A stretch of 64,000 bases of DNA from Amoebidium appalachense. Taxonomy: Eukaryota > Protista > Ichthyosporea. This document shows, piece after piece, positions 26,942-41,090 of the stretch. The first letter of the stretch is position 1. Each line of letters starts with the position of its first letter. The DNA is taken from NCBI GenBank assembly GCA_963693365.1, contig CAVNZM010000004.1, forward strand, positions 2,502,389 through 2,566,388, written 5' to 3'. The notes under the pieces are model-generated. The model searched no databases. It had not been told where the DNA came from and was given only the letters and a program-made list of their open reading frames with translations. The translations under genes and the position numbers were made by a program.

Positions 26942-29555
26942 CCCCCCTCCCCCGCGGCAAAAAAAAAAAAAAAAAAAAGAAAAAAAAGAAAAAAAACGTT
27001 TCCTGCTCCCCGGCGTCCCAGGCTAGCTAGGCCCTCTGGGAATCTCCCTTTTCCCCATGCACTGTCACCAATACATTGGTAACAATAGAATAGTTATTCT
27101 CTTGAGTTTGGCAAACCTCGTGGTACCTTGGTCTCTGGCTAAACAGTCTTTAAATCGCTCCACCTTTTACATAATGGTTAGCTACTGTACATGTGCAACG
27201 TGCGTATGCTTAGGCTGACTAGAAGTGGGGCCAAATCGCCGTGTAGCATCGATGATAATCAATCTTGTACTGCATAATATGTATTTTCAGAAAGCTACCA
27301 GCAACCTTGCACACTGTAAACATGTGTTGTTTGCCATCCACGGCATGCAGTTGCCCCGCCCATGCAATTACCACAGTACACCCCATGGCCATCATTGCCA
27401 TGGGCACATGTGCATGCGCACATGGCACATGCCCACTTCCGCGCATGTACTGTACATGTGCACATGCCATGACGGCTTGCAGCATTTTGTGTTCCTGCAA
27501 GGCTTCACACACCCCGCTTTCTGGGCAGCAGCACTTCTTTATGCATGTCGTGGCACTAAAGGCACACATCGCCCATGCACCAAACCCATATTGCTTGTGA
27601 CGCCCCCCGTGTCTCCCCATAGAGTAAAAGTCATTCTATACCTCTGACCGGAATTAGGATCGACAAGATGTCAAAGGGGTGTTTTTGTGGGACTCTTACA
27701 AAGGTTTTAGGGGGTGCTATACTGTATTCCGACTTACATTTACGCAAAATGGTCCGACCACTATCTCGCGCGATCTCTCGAATCCCCTAAACTCATGCCC
27801 TACGTGGGGTGTTGTGCCTTGTTCTTCTTGTCTACTTTGTAGTGCCATTCCCCATAAGAGCCAAACAAGAAACTCGGTTGCCCATAATCCAAAGTATTTA
27901 TGGTCTCCTTCAAAACCAGTTTTTGTATCTAAGCTTGTAGCTTTAAATTGCTTGGCATAGGCAACAAATCGGTCACAATGTAAAGAAAAGACTGCACTGG
28001 AAAATCTAGACAAAACGCCATGCGTCTACCACAACAGGCTCTCGGGGGTCGAGCGCGCCAACTTGAACCAGCGGAGCCGCTAGGTAGTGCTACCTGGTAC
28101 GCACATGAGAAGGCAAGCGAAAGAAAGGAAAAACGAAAAAACATGCGCGCTTCACTTAGAGACTATTATTACCGTTTATTGTACCTTTTCCCCCTCTTTT
28201 AAAAAGCGCATCAGTATTTCATATGGGATCATATACATACGCGGCACTAGTACGAGCGAAATGTACAGCAAAACACGAAACAATTCTGCTTAATGCAAGA
28301 CTGCTCCGTAAAGCCAACAATACGGTAAGTCAAAGGATATTCCCTCCGTAAATTTATGAACACCGGGCTTTGTATCCTTGTCTAAAGCAAAAAAAAACAC
28401 GTGCAAGCTCTCTTTAGGAGGTCGAGGGCTCCTTTTCCTGCCTTCCCCGTGTTCGAATTGGTCCACTAGCTGGGGGTATTTTCAGCCTCTAGCGACAGTT
28501 TACACGTGTTTTTGGTTTACAAATGTGCGCTTAGTAACTAAAGGATTGGTCTAGAAAGTCTCTCCCTGTCTATGTTCCCCGTGTCGCTAGTTTGTCTTGC
28601 CTGTGCTCAGTTTCCCCAAGGCCTACTTTGCCTATGTTTTTGCACCGCATAACAACACCGGGAGCTGTCAGATACACAATTTTACCTTCAAATCTTTTGT
28701 GTCTTTAACAAAAAAAAACAAGTTCTCGCCCTTTTTTTTTTGGGAAGTTCTGTCGTAGTGTGTTTTTCCTCTTTGTAAGACGGCGTTAATTCACAGTTTT
28801 TGGTTTATGAAATAGATATCACCTTGCGACAACTCACTCAGCGAACTTTTAGCACCTATCCATTTTTCTTTTGAACACGCTATTTTTCGGTTATTAACCG
28901 TTTCACTCCTGGACCCTTTTTTTACCTCCTCCCGACTCTCCCTCTGCCTTCCCATTATGCAAGGGTGTTTCTTCAACGTCTCACGGCACTGCACACTTTT
29001 TGTCTATTCTAAACTTCCATTTCTTAAAAACCTGTGTTTCTGTATAATATTTTTCCCTTTTACCCGAGTTTGCTTTGTAGAGCACAAACATTTTGACAAC
29101 GCAAGGGTTGCCTAAAAGGAGGTGCGTGATGTTCTTCTTTTTTCTTGCATTTTGGTAAAGTAAAGACGTGGATGACCCTCGTTGAAGCGTTTATTTAGAT
29201 TTTGAGAAGTTTGTTGGTGGCAAGAGTATTCTAGTCCAAACAGTTTTCGTTAGGTGTGTTATGCATGGGTTTGGGTGTATGTGTACGGTGGTTGTGGGTG
29301 TGTGTTTTTTTCTTCTTTATTTCGTATTCATTGTTTGCTATTTCGGTCTTAGTTTTTCTTTTAATTATTATTATTATTATTCTTCTATTTTTTTTTTTTT
29401 TTTTTGGGGGGGGGGGGGGGGGGGGAGGGGGAGGAGAGGGGAGGGGGGAGGGGGGGGGGGGGGGGGAGTGGATGCGCTGGCAGCCTGAGAGTTGGCGAGG
29501 AGGTAGGAGGGTGGGTGAGTGTGGGTGAGAAAAGCGGGGTGAGGCTGGTCGGTGT

Positions 29556-29698
29556 GGTGGATGTGTGCACGTGTTTGTATGTGTGCACGTGTTTGTATGT
29601 GTGCATGTAAGTGGATGTGTGCATGTAAGTGGATATGTGCATGTGTGTGGATGTGTGCACGTGTTTGGATGTGTGCACGTGTTTGGATGTGTGCACGT
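29556..29698. repeat. 18-bp minisatellite, about 8 units
   Basis: Units tggatgtgtgcacgtgtt / tgtatgtgtgcacgtgtt. Confidence 0.85.
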
Positions 29699-30191
29699 TC
29701 GCCTTTTCCAATAAGCTTGTTTATTCAGGAGTTTTTAGATGGAATTCACACGGTGTTACTTGCTGCCATTGTGCAAACGAAGAAGGTAGCTGTGGTTATG
29801 GTGCTGGTGGTTGGTCAAGAAATCATAAGTGCACTGGGGCACCGAACTTTTCGAGCAATAATACACGTTAAGGAAACTCAAAAAAAAAAAAAAAAAACGT
29901 TTTCGTGCTGGGAGTCCCTACGTAACGTGGGAGCTGTTGCACGGGGTTGGGATGTGTGTGCCCCGCTCCCCCCCCCCCCCCCCCCCCCCTCCCCCCCCCC
30001 CCCCCCCCCCCCCCTCTCCCCCCCCCTTCCCCCCTCCCCCTCCTTCCCCTTCTCCCCCTCGGCCTCCTCCTATCCCGCCTGGGGCCCGTCCCCCTAGACC
30101 ACATTAAGTTAAACATGAAACATGTCTTTTATATGCTCTGTATGTTGTCAAGGGGTTTAAAAGGTCTTATTCCACAGCTATTCAACTTATC

Positions 30192-30230
<39 letters not shown>

Positions 30231-30247
30231 CCCCCCCCCCACCCACC

Positions 30248-30279
<32 letters not shown>

Positions 30280-30546
30280 AGAGAGAGAGAGAAAAAAAGA
30301 AAAATAAATAAGGTTTATTTCTTGGTTACTGTTAAGCGGTTATCATTATGGTGGGTGTAGTGATATATGGTGTACGTGTGTGAGTGCTGGTGGGCATGGG
30401 GGCTCTAGACTTCTTTTGGGGTTATTGACTACTTTTCTACAGCACCATCACAGAATCGGCACCGGGACCCAAGCCAAAGCACCCGTGCACCCACCATCCA
30501 GCAACAAGCACCTACACAGAACCCAACCCCAACTCCAACCGCACAC

Positions 30547-30838
30547 ATGGCTACCGAGAAAAATAGTGATAACAAGCTTCGTGTCAGGTTCGAAAACATC
30601 CCTCACAAAGTGCAAATTAACCATATGGAGAAGAGATGGGAGTTTATCAAGGAGAAGATACTGTCGTGGCTGTTGCAGGAGTCAAGACAGCACCTGCTCA
30701 GATGGTATCCGTCTATGAGAAAGAAACAGGTGCGTGTGGCGGCATGTCTTTTGGGTTTTGCTTCATTTGAGAATTTCTCTTCCGAGAGTTTCTTTTGTTT
30801 CTTCCTGCTTTCTTTCCTGTGTCTGCGCTTCGTTACTT

Positions 30839-30869
<31 letters not shown>

Positions 30870-31108
30870 TCCTTAAACCCGCCAGAGCTCCCAGTTCCCC
30901 TCCCCTTCCGCTCCCCATTTGATGTTTTGTTTGGTATGTTTGTTGGTTATCATCGTTTCTGGACGTGTGCCCATGCATTGCAAGCCTGTGCGCACATACA
31001 CGCACGCAAAATAAACACACACGGGCCCACACACAAACAATGCACATGTTCACCTTTGTGCACACAGGTGGGTACAAACACCCTCTCCCCCCCCCCCCTC
31101 CCCCCCCC

Positions 31109-31139
<31 letters not shown>

Positions 31140-32042
31140 ACTTGTACACGTGCATCCCCCCCCCCCCCCCCCCCCAACCCCCCTACACAAAAAAGAAAAG
31201 AAAGAAAGAATGAAAGAAAGAAAGAAAGAAAGGGCTTACACTCATTACTTCATTCCCTGCCCCCCCCCTGCCCCCCCCCCCCCCCCCCCCCTCCCCCCCC
31301 TCCCCCCCCCCCAAAAAAAAAAGAAAAAAAGAATGAAACCACCCTGACACGAGCCATCGATCCAATCTTTCACTGAGTAAGCCATGCCCCTTCTTCATTC
31401 CTGTTAACCCCACCATCCCTCCCCCCCCCCCCCCCCCCAACACACACATACACACATGCCCCCCCCCTCTCCCCCCCCCCCTTACTTACGTTTACCCCCC
31501 CCCCCCCCCCCCTCCCCCCCTTCCCCCCTTCCCCTCTCCCCCCAACACCCCCGCCCACCGAAAAAGAAATATGAAAAGAAAAGGAAACAGAAAAATACAA
31601 ATTTGGACTAACTATTATACTAACTACAGTTATTCCCAAAGACACAGATCGACGACAAAGAATTCTACAAAATGGAGCTGGGCCCAGACTTCACCTTCCA
31701 ATTGTTTTTTGAACGCGCGGGTAAAAGGACTGTTGTTCCGTCAGACCATGCAGATTTCACCCTCATGACGCTTTTCAACATGGACACAACAACACCCGAA
31801 GTTATCGTTATTGCCAAGTACATCCCCTCTAGGAAGGAGGTGGGTGGCAAGGATGCATGCAAGCACGTACATGGATGTATGCTCTTCGCGTATGAATGAA
31901 AGTGTGTGCTTTGTGTATTAGGCGTGTGCCCTTTTTTGCATATGGGTGTGTGCTTGTAAATGCCCGTGTGCTTGTGTGATTTTCATGAAGGGCGGAGGAA
32001 CGGGTAGGGAGATCAAAGAGGTTGGCGAAAGGGATGGAAGTT

Positions 32043-32135
<93 letters not shown>

Positions 32136-32695
32136 CGCGCGCGCGCGTGTGTGGAGGGAGGGGTGGGGGGAGGGGTGGGGGGAGGGGTGGGGGGGCGGTG
32201 GTCAAGGGGGTTCGCAAGAGGGAATGGGGGATGTTTGTTCAAAGAATGGAGAGGGGGGGGGGGAGAGGGGAGGGGGGGAGGGGGGGAGAGGGAGGGGGAG
32301 AGGGGAGGGAGGGAGGGGTTGAGGGGAGGGAGGAAAAGAAGGGGGGGGGGGGGGGGGGGGGGGGGGGCTCAAGCTCATTAGTGGTCGTTTTGGGTGAACT
32401 ATTAACTGTTCTCTCTTTGCTTTCCCAAGGACCTGTCTCTGTATCATTTGTCCCTTTCTTTGTTCCTCATTGTTCATGCTTGTAGACTGTACACGACATA
32501 TAAGGTCAGAAAACCACCGTGTAAGATAACTGATATGTCTAAAATAATGATATATAAAAAAATTCAATTGTCAAAATCATCCCCGCATCAACATAAGCAA
32601 ACAATCTACAACAACTTACGGCATTTTATTCCTCTGTTGTACAATCACCTGCAAAATGACTCATGCACTTGCCTCTCCTTCCTCCCTCCTTCCCT

Positions 32696-32726
<31 letters not shown>

Positions 32727-32818
32727 GGCTCTCTCTCTTCTTTTCTTTCTCTCTCTCTCTCCCTCGTAAATCTTCCTCTCCGCCGCTTCCCACCTCTCTC
32801 CTTCTTTCTCCCCCCCCC

Positions 32819-32849
<31 letters not shown>

Positions 32850-32949
32850 ACTCTCCCTTCCACTTTCTCTCTCTCCTCGCCAACATTATCTTGCCTACAG
32901 GTACACTGTAATACACACACAGCGCGCGAGCGCACGCGCGCGCGCGCGC

Positions 32950-32997
<48 letters not shown>

Positions 32998-32999
32998 GC

Positions 33000-33031
<32 letters not shown>

Positions 33032-33050
33032 CTTCCCCCCCCCCCCCCCC

Positions 33051-33088
<38 letters not shown>

Positions 33089-36000
33089 ACACACACACAC
33101 ATACAATCTCCACAGCCACCGCCCCCTTCTCCCAAGCACCAGTTGACCATCCGTCCTCCTGCATCCCAAACACCATCCAAGAAAAACGACCAAACCCCCC
33201 ACCCCCCCAAGCCAGCCCCGCTCCAGAACAAACGCCCAGCACCGACACCCCAAGCCCCACCCCCCAACAACACCAAGAAAACTCGCACGGACGGAGACCA
33301 CACAAGTCCACCCAAGCAACGAAAAACAACCCGCCCACACTCCTCACCGAACGACCGTGTGTCGACGTTTTCTGATGCCCCCCTGAGCGGATTCCTTTTC
33401 GACACTTTGAGTTCCTCTTGGGAGTCCCCTTCCCCTCCCACCACTGCCTTCGATCAATACACCAGGGATATATTTACCACGCCTCAACCAACACTTGTTT
33501 ACCCGGGGAAGAAAACCAACAGTGGAAAAACGAGAAGTGGGGAACGTGGCAAGGGGGGTGGAAATGGAAACGAAACACCGGCCGAACGACAACATGTAGC
33601 ACCTGTGGTGAGTGTGGAAAAGGGAGCGGCGGGGGAAAGGGTGGGAAAGAAAACGGTAAAGGGTGGTGGGGAGAAGGTGGTCAGTGAGCAGAAAGGGAAA
33701 GGGAGGGAGAATTTAACGCAACAGATGGATAAGCAAATGGATATGATGGTAAAGATGCAGCTGGAACTAACAGAGAAAAGAAACGAGAGCGAGAGATTGT
33801 CGAAAGAGTTGGAAGAGAAGGAGACAGAACGGAGGAAGTTATATACAGAAAACGTGGATTTGGATTGTAAGCTGAGTGCGATGGCGGTTGAGGTGAAGAA
33901 ATCAAATAAGGAAGTGGCTAGGATGAAGGATGAGAGGGAGAGGGCTATGAAAGAGAAGGAGACACTTCAGGGTGAGTTGGAGGTTGAAATCGAGGGGTTG
34001 AAAAAAAGAGAGGGAGGAAATGATTAAGGAAATTGCAGAGAAGGAGAAGGAGAGAAAGGCGGATGTGGGAAAATGGGAGAAGGAAAGAGAGAGAATGACG
34101 GGATATGCGCAGATTTTGAAGGGGGTCAATTCAGGGCTGGAGGAAAAGTTGAGGGATTCGGAAAGAAATTTGGGGGGGGTGAGGGAATTTCTGGAAACTA
34201 GGACGAAGGAAAACGAGGAATTAAAGAGTGAAAAGGAAAGTCTGGAACAGAAAAGGTTGTCTTTGGAAGAGGAGGTGAGTGGTCTGAATGCAAGGATTGT
34301 AAACATGGAGCAGGAGAGAGAGAAGGAGAGGGAAGAAAGAAAGAAGAAAATCGATGAATTGAGCAGGGAGAAGGATTCATATGTATCCAAGGTGGAGGGA
34401 CTTGACAGAGATATGGTGGAGAAGGATAAGAAAGTGGAGGAGAAAGAGGGAGAGTTGGCGGTGTTGAAGAAGAGGATAAAAGAAATGGAGGAGGAATACA
34501 AAAACGAGGTAGAGGAGAAACAGAGGGCCATGAGTGTGAAGGAGAGAAATTTAATTCACCAAATTGAAATGAACGAGGAAAAAATTGGAGTGTGGAAGGA
34601 AAAGGTAAAAGAGTTGGAGAAAACGAACGATGAATTCAAAAAGGACACAGAGGAGAAGCAGAGGGCAACGAGAGCGAAGGAGCGCGACTTGACACACCAA
34701 ATTGCAATGAACGAGGAAGAAATGGAGAAAGGTAAAGGGAGAATTGAGGAAATTAGCGGCCGGTTAAGGGATTTGGAGCAGCAACTTGAAGGGAAGGAGG
34801 AAGAGTTCGAGAAGGTAAAGGGGGACAAGGAAGGAATCGGTGAGAGGTGCATAGGTTTGGAGCAGCAACTAAAGAGGAAGGAGGAAGAATTGGAAGAGGT
34901 AAAGAGGGAAAAGAAAAAGGAGCTGGACCTAAAAGAGGAAGAAATCAAGGAGCTGACGAGGGAAAAGGAGGAGCTGGAAGCCAAAAAAGAGGAAGAGATA
35001 AACGAGTTAACGAGGGAAAAGGAGGAGCTGGAAGCCAAAAGAGAGGAAGAAACAAACGAGCTAAAGAGGGAAAGGGAGGAGCTGGAAGCCAGAAAAGAGG
35101 AAGAAATAAAGGAGCTGAGGAGGGAAAAGGAGGAGCTGGAAGCCAAAAGAGAGGAAGAAATTAACGAGCTAAAGAGGGGATTGGAGGAAATGATAGAGCG
35201 GTTAGAGGTGGCAAGGAGGGACTGTGGTCAGGTGGTGGTTGAAAAGAACGAGGAGTTGAAGAAGGCGAAAGAAGAGAAAGAGATATTAGAGAGGGAAAAA
35301 GAGAAAATCGAGGGGGATCTGGAAGATGCCAGAAGAGGATTGGATGACGCACTGAGTCGTTCAGCCAAGGGATTGGCTGAAAAAGAAAAGGAGATTCGTG
35401 ATCTGAGGGCAGAATTGCATAGGGGATTAGTTCAAGCGCTGAGTGGGGAAGAGAGGATGAAATTAGAAGAATTGAGGAGAGAGAAGGAGGATTTGATGGA
35501 AAAGATAAGAAAGAAAGACGGAGAAAATAAAGGGCTTCAGAAGATTATTTATAAGGCAAAGAGGATTGCCGTGGATGGGGATGCTGGAGAGGACGTGATG
35601 AATTTGGTCGAGGAAAATGTGAAATTAAAGAGTGAAATTGAGACGCTTAAGAAAGAAATTGAGAGGCTGAAGAATGAAACGAGGGAGAATGGCCAGAATT
35701 GGCAGGAGGGTAAGAGACAGATGGATGAGGTGCAAGAGCGGCTGAAAAGACTGGATGAAATTATTGAACAGATGAAAACGGAAGTGGAAATGACTAGAAA
35801 CGAGAAGAGAAATATTGAAGATAGAATACTTGAGTTGGAGGAGAGAGAGAGAGAAAAGGAAGAGAGAATCCGTGAGTTAGAGGGGGAGGTTGAAGAGACT
35901 GGAGAGAGATTTGGAGAGGAAACGACGGAACTTGCAGAATGACCGTCCGAATTCACAACACAACCTCAGGTTCGTGCTCCTTTATCCCCTCCCCCCCCCC

Positions 36001-36252
36001 CTTCCCCCCCCCCCCCCCCCCTCCCTCCCCCCCTTTCGGGGCCCCTCCCATTCTGAAATTCCCACGCGCACCCATATCAAACCCCCGCCCTCCCCCCTCC
36101 CCCCCTCGTCCAACCCTTCTCGCATCCCCCCAAAAAAGAGAAAAAAAGAGAAAGAAAGAAAAGAAAAGGCATACATATGACATAAGATGCACACCCGCAC
36201 ACGTTTTGCTAGTTGCAGTTTTTATATCCAAAGCGGGTCGTTGGGTAGGTAG

Positions 36253-36289
<37 letters not shown>

Positions 36290-36292
36290 ACA

Positions 36293-36325
<33 letters not shown>

Positions 36326-36371
36326 AAGAAAAAAGAAAGTAAAAGGTAAAAGAAAAGAAAAGAAGAAAAAA

Positions 36372-36413
<42 letters not shown>

Positions 36414-36785
36414 GAAACAAAAAATAAATAAAGAGATACATAAGTGAGCGAATAGACAAACAAAACTCGTACCCATATTATCCAGCTGTCCCTCTGAGTC
36501 ATGCGCTGCCTGTTCTTCCTGTCCCTCCCTCACTCCTCCCCCCCCCCCCCTCCCCCCCCCCCCCCCCCCTACCCCTCCCCCCTCCCCCTCCCCTCCCCCT
36601 CCTCAGTTCAAATTCTGGTATCCCCCCCCCCCCCCCCCCCCCCTTTTAACCGACGGGATGCCAATCTCTTTTTTTTTGCAGCAGGGCGACTGCATCTGAT
36701 TTGGAGCTTTTGGATGAGCAGACCAGCGAGGATGAGTCTGACCAAAATAGCCACGGCCACACAAATGACACACAGGTGCACACGG
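30547..36785 (+). CDS. Orphan long coiled-coil protein, copy 1 (small N-terminal domain, Pro/Thr-rich linker, E/K/R-rich coil); both ends uncertain
   Basis: Exons 30547-30729 (frame also open back to an acceptor at 30442), 31648-31839, 33116-35969 and 36685-36785. Two +1 shifts, in an A7 run (34001-34007) and a G5 run (~35882-35886), are each repaired by comparison with the paralogue. After repair the phase-2 donor at 35970 fits the exon at 36685. TACTAAC lies before exon 2. The terminal exon was not identified. Confidence 0.7.
34925..35175 (+). repeat. 54-bp coding minisatellite (18-aa unit KEEEINELTREKEELEAK)
   Basis: About 4.5 units here and about 6.5 units in the paralogue at ~57855-58230. 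Confidence 0.85.
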
Positions 36786-37177
36786 TGAGTGGGGTGGTGC
36801 GTTGACCATATCGAATGGTAGCGTGATGGCACAAATTTTGCACTTAACATGCGGAGAGTCTGGGTTCACAAACATGCATATACAAATGTTTTACATCATG
36901 ACACATGCACACACACACACAAGTGTACACACCAGTGAAGGTGCATGCATTGTGGTAGTTGCAGCAGGTAATAATGGGCACGAAAAATCGGGGTGCTATG
37001 CTTGGATAGAGTGCTCAGGGGGGGTGAATGGGGGAGGAGGGGGAGGTCGCCGGGGGGGGGGGGGGGGGGGGGGGGGGGAAGGGGGGGGGGGGGGATTTGA
37101 ATGTGGTTAAACTTTGCCGAGAGCGGCCAAAAAAATGGAACAGAAAGTCCTATGATGTGATGATCATTATATGATAT

Positions 37178-37295
<118 letters not shown>

Positions 37296-37869
37296 GTGTG
37301 GATTTGGGCACGAGAGTAGACGTGGTGTTGTGTAAGTTTTCTTTTTCGTGTGGCCCACATTGTGTGTGCACGTGTGTGCCTGTGTGACAGTGCCTGTCTA
37401 ACTTTCGATTGGGGAGCCGTTTGCAATTGAAATTGCTGTGTGACAAAGAAAACTTCATCCATGTCAATATGGGAATAGCTGAAACTATGGGAACGGTGGT
37501 AGTTTTGTGTGTCTGTAAATAGGAAGAGAAGGGGAGTGGAGGTTGGGGTGGGGGTGGAGGTGTGTGTGGGTGTTTGGGGACGGGTCGGTTTTGGTTTATG
37601 AACTGACCATCAGAGACAGATCATTGGGTGAAATGCAAATTCCTGCGGCCAAAAGGCTAACCAATCATCAACGGAGCGGGTGGAGACAGTGATTTGACTG
37701 GATCGACGTTATCCACGACAAAAAGACGATTACCCATTTTTGGTCTGCTGGTTGACCTTGTTTTGGTGATCGGGGTTTTGTATTGATGTGGGAGTCAGGG
37801 TTGTATTTGGCATTGTAGATAGATGAAACCATGGAAATACTTGGTCACGATGATGATTTGTTCCATATT

Positions 37870-38703
37870 GAATTTTCTCGGTTTGTGCCTCCCTTAATCA
37901 GTATGTTTGGATTGTCGTCTGCTGTTTGTCGTATGGAGGAATTGTCTCTTCGTTTTTGTTTTCATTTAGTTAGGCTACCTGATGGTCACCCTCTTTATGC
38001 TTTCTTTCCCCCCCTCCCTCCATCCCTCTTCCCCCCCGATTCACCAACGCTACTTCTGAATGTCCTCAGCCTACCCTCTTTCTACCTGATTCTTCCTCTC
38101 GCTATCTCACTCCCTCTTTCTTTTCTCTTCCTGTTTTTTCTGCCTTTTTGCGTTATTACCATACGCAGTATAAGTTTCTTTCTCGTTCTGATAGAGAAAT
38201 CAAAGGTAAAACTCAGTCGGCATGTGTTATGTTCCTTAGGCAACACCGTACTGATCATTATCGCTTTTTGGGAGCTTTGGCAGGATACATTTCTCCTGCT
38301 GTACGTATGGATACCACCCTAGTAGATAAGTCTGTATGGTGCTCTGATGTTGATATTGCCTGGGAAGTTGTGCAGTGGCGCTGTAATTCTTGTTTTCATC
38401 GCCGCTGGTGCCACTTTTGTGCTGACCTTTTTAATCGCAAGCATGTTGATAGGTGTGAATTTTTATGTCGCGTTTTACCTCTTTCCCTCCGGGTATCTGC
38501 TACACTAGCTGGCAATGTGAACACTTTAGACTTTTTGTTGAATTCTGTTGGTCGTCACATTGAGTATTTATATGATTTTCACACAGTGTTCAGGTATCTC
38601 AGTATGCACTTGTTACTGGATAACTCGTGAAGTTTTTATTGTCTTCTCAGTATGCCGTGCATACTTGTCATATCTTTCCGTCGAATAAATCCAGTCAAAA
38701 GAA
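37870..38703 (+). mobile_element. 5'-truncated non-LTR retrotransposon (LINE) 3' fragment
   Basis: Frameshifted ORFs 37831-38322 and 38148-38630. SMFGLSSAVCRMEELSLRFCFHLVRL..HPL aligns with the post-RT segment of the fragment at 40485-41090 (SIYGLVPIAARVSHLALKFNKHISRL..HPL). C-terminal WR..CHFC..FNRKHVDRC zinc-knuckle-like motif. The last ~240 bp recur at 49542-49781 inside a TSD-flanked insertion. Confidence 0.65.
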
Positions 38704-38741
38704 TTTTTTTTTTTCGAAGTTCTCTGTGATATAAACATGAA

Positions 38742-38845
38742 TGTGATTAAGTGGTAAATTAGATACATATAAAGCGTAGCACTATATAACTTTGTGATAA
38801 AGTGGTAAATTAGATACATATAAAGCATAGCACTATATAACTTTT
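38742..38845. repeat. Two-unit ~52-bp tandem duplication
   Basis: tgtgat(t/a)aagtggtaaattagatacatataaagc(g/a)tagcactatataactt occurs twice. Confidence 0.85.
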
Positions 38846-39294
38846 TAAGCCCGGTAAAATATATTGAGAAACTTTCAAATTCATACTTCTCTCTTCCTTA
38901 TCAAGAAACGTACCTCGTACTGAGTGTGTAAGGCTCAAATTTGTATAGAAGTGTGGGGGCATGGGGCGGGCGGGCGGGCTGGCGCATGGGGAGGGAGGGG
39001 GGGGGGGGGGGGGGGGGAGGGATTCACCTCATCTATTGACTCACTCTGCAATTCTCTTTTTTTCCCCATAAAAAAATCTTTTTTTCTCTATTGTAATTAT
39101 TCTCTCCTCGCAATAAATGTTTGGGGCACCGGATAAATAACCGTTTCACGGTCAGACGGTGGCACATCGAGTCGCCTATGTTCACACGCACACGCACACA
39201 TGCACGCACACACGCATGCACACACGCACGTACACACGCATGCACGCGCACGCACACACGCACGCACTCATGCACGCACGCCCTGTGCGACACA

Positions 39295-39351
<57 letters not shown>

Positions 39352-39620
39352 AGTTAACACGGGGTTTACGCTGTTTACTCGAGGCAAAGAGAGACCAGTC
39401 TCAGGTATGGGGGGTTTTTGCTCGGAATATCCCCTCAGCGGTATATCATGATCACGTACATAGATGTCGGATGATGACTATATATCAGGGTTTACTTTCT
39501 CTACGGGACACCTGGTCATAAAGACTAAGAAAAATCAATTAGTTGGGGTTCCCCGTTTTTTTTATTTATTATTTATTATTTTTTATTTTTTATTTTTTAT
39601 TATATAATTTTTATTTTTTT

Positions 39621-39654
<34 letters not shown>

Positions 39655-39683
39655 CTCCCCTGGGACACTCGGTATCAGCTGGT

Positions 39684-39783
<100 letters not shown>

Positions 39784-40484
39784 CGTGCGCTAGAATTTTG
39801 TAATGATGTGTTTCTCAAGCCAATCAATACATCTAATAAACAGGTCGCAGTTATGCGTGTTTAGCATAAAATCAAGGATGTTGTAATTTACAGGTAGGCT
39901 ATCTTTCTGGGTGTCTGTTGTGAATGTGACGTGTGTGTGTTGCGGTATTATGTGGTCTATCAAACTGCATTTGGCGATACATGACCGTTTAAACTGGTGT
40001 GTATGTGTGTGTTGTTTGGGCATGCAAACGATGCCACCTTATACTTATTAGATCTCCACTGTATAGCACGTGTACAGTAAAAGCGTGGTAATTGATCAAT
40101 AATACCATCATGCTAGAGAAAGACCAGTTCTACAGGAAGGTAATATGTATTTAGGTGTTATACATTTGCGAGTGCCATATTTGGCAATATGGTTAAGGTG
40201 GTCATTATATATAAATGAGACATAAGGCTTAGTTTTTCAAGGTGTCTGCTTTCATCGGGTCTAGTGTCGTGTGGTATCCTTTTTCCATTTGTTATATTGC
40301 GTGATTATCTTGTGATTGTGTACATGTTTAATAAGTATGTGGCAGTCCAAAGTCACACGCACACTTTTGCAGGGTTTATTTGTATTTGTGCCCGGGGGAG
40401 AAGGAGAGAGAGAGGAAACTTGAAGGAAAGAGGGGAGAGGTGAGGAGGGGACAGGTCGGATAGAGAAGAGAGGGTGGGAGGGCA

Positions 40485-41090
40485 AATACTTCTTTAAGCG
40501 GCTTATGTGCTTATTGAATTTCAGCGCGAGATGGGATACTCTAGCAGCTATTGGGACCAGACCATATATCGAGAGCGTTACAGGCCCAGGTTTACAACAG
40601 TTGTTAGATAGAAAGGAGGCAACTTCTGCTTCAAGGAAATTTGTTTAGGGGTTAAACGCTCTAGTTCTCTCTTTCTTGATCCAAGCGGCGAGAAGGGGTA
40701 AACCGTATTCACATGCCGGGAAGACAAAGTGCGAATAAATGTAAGTCTAATAGAAGGATGGAGGGGTGTGTCTCTAAAAATATTAGCCGAGAAGAAAGCT
40801 AACCGCTTACGAGCCAACTCTACCCTCTTTTCGACCATATGGGAAAACAAAACACCAACAGAATTAACCGGAACACCAAGATATTTGTATTCTGGAACTA
40901 TAGGTGCAGGTTTAGATGACAATGTAAATGTGTGTAAATTATTAGCTATATCAGGTACAAGAACACCACATTTGTCTATGTTAAGGGTCATAAGGTTTGC
41001 CTTGCACCACTCTGACACTACATCGAACAGTCTTTGCAGGCATCTAGGGGTACGGGCAAGGAGGGACAGATCATCAGCATAGAGATGCTG
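40485..41090 (-). mobile_element. Degenerate LINE reverse-transcriptase fragment (YADD through thumb and downstream region)
   Basis: LYADDLSLLARTPRCLQRLFDVVSEWCKANLMTLNIDKCGVL...EYKYLGVPV. Truncated just before YADD and frameshifted after ~40720. Confidence 0.85.

Noticed and set aside
28060-28092. agcgg-ag-ccgct hairpin next to CTAG as a Helitron 3' end
   Set aside because: The hairpin overlaps the CTAG rather than lying upstream of it, and there is no 5' TC end or second copy.
28440-28480. GTTCGAAT as a tRNA T-loop (possible Dada target)
   Set aside because: The flanks do not form a T-stem or cloverleaf. No tRNA, snRNA or rRNA gene was recognised anywhere in the window.
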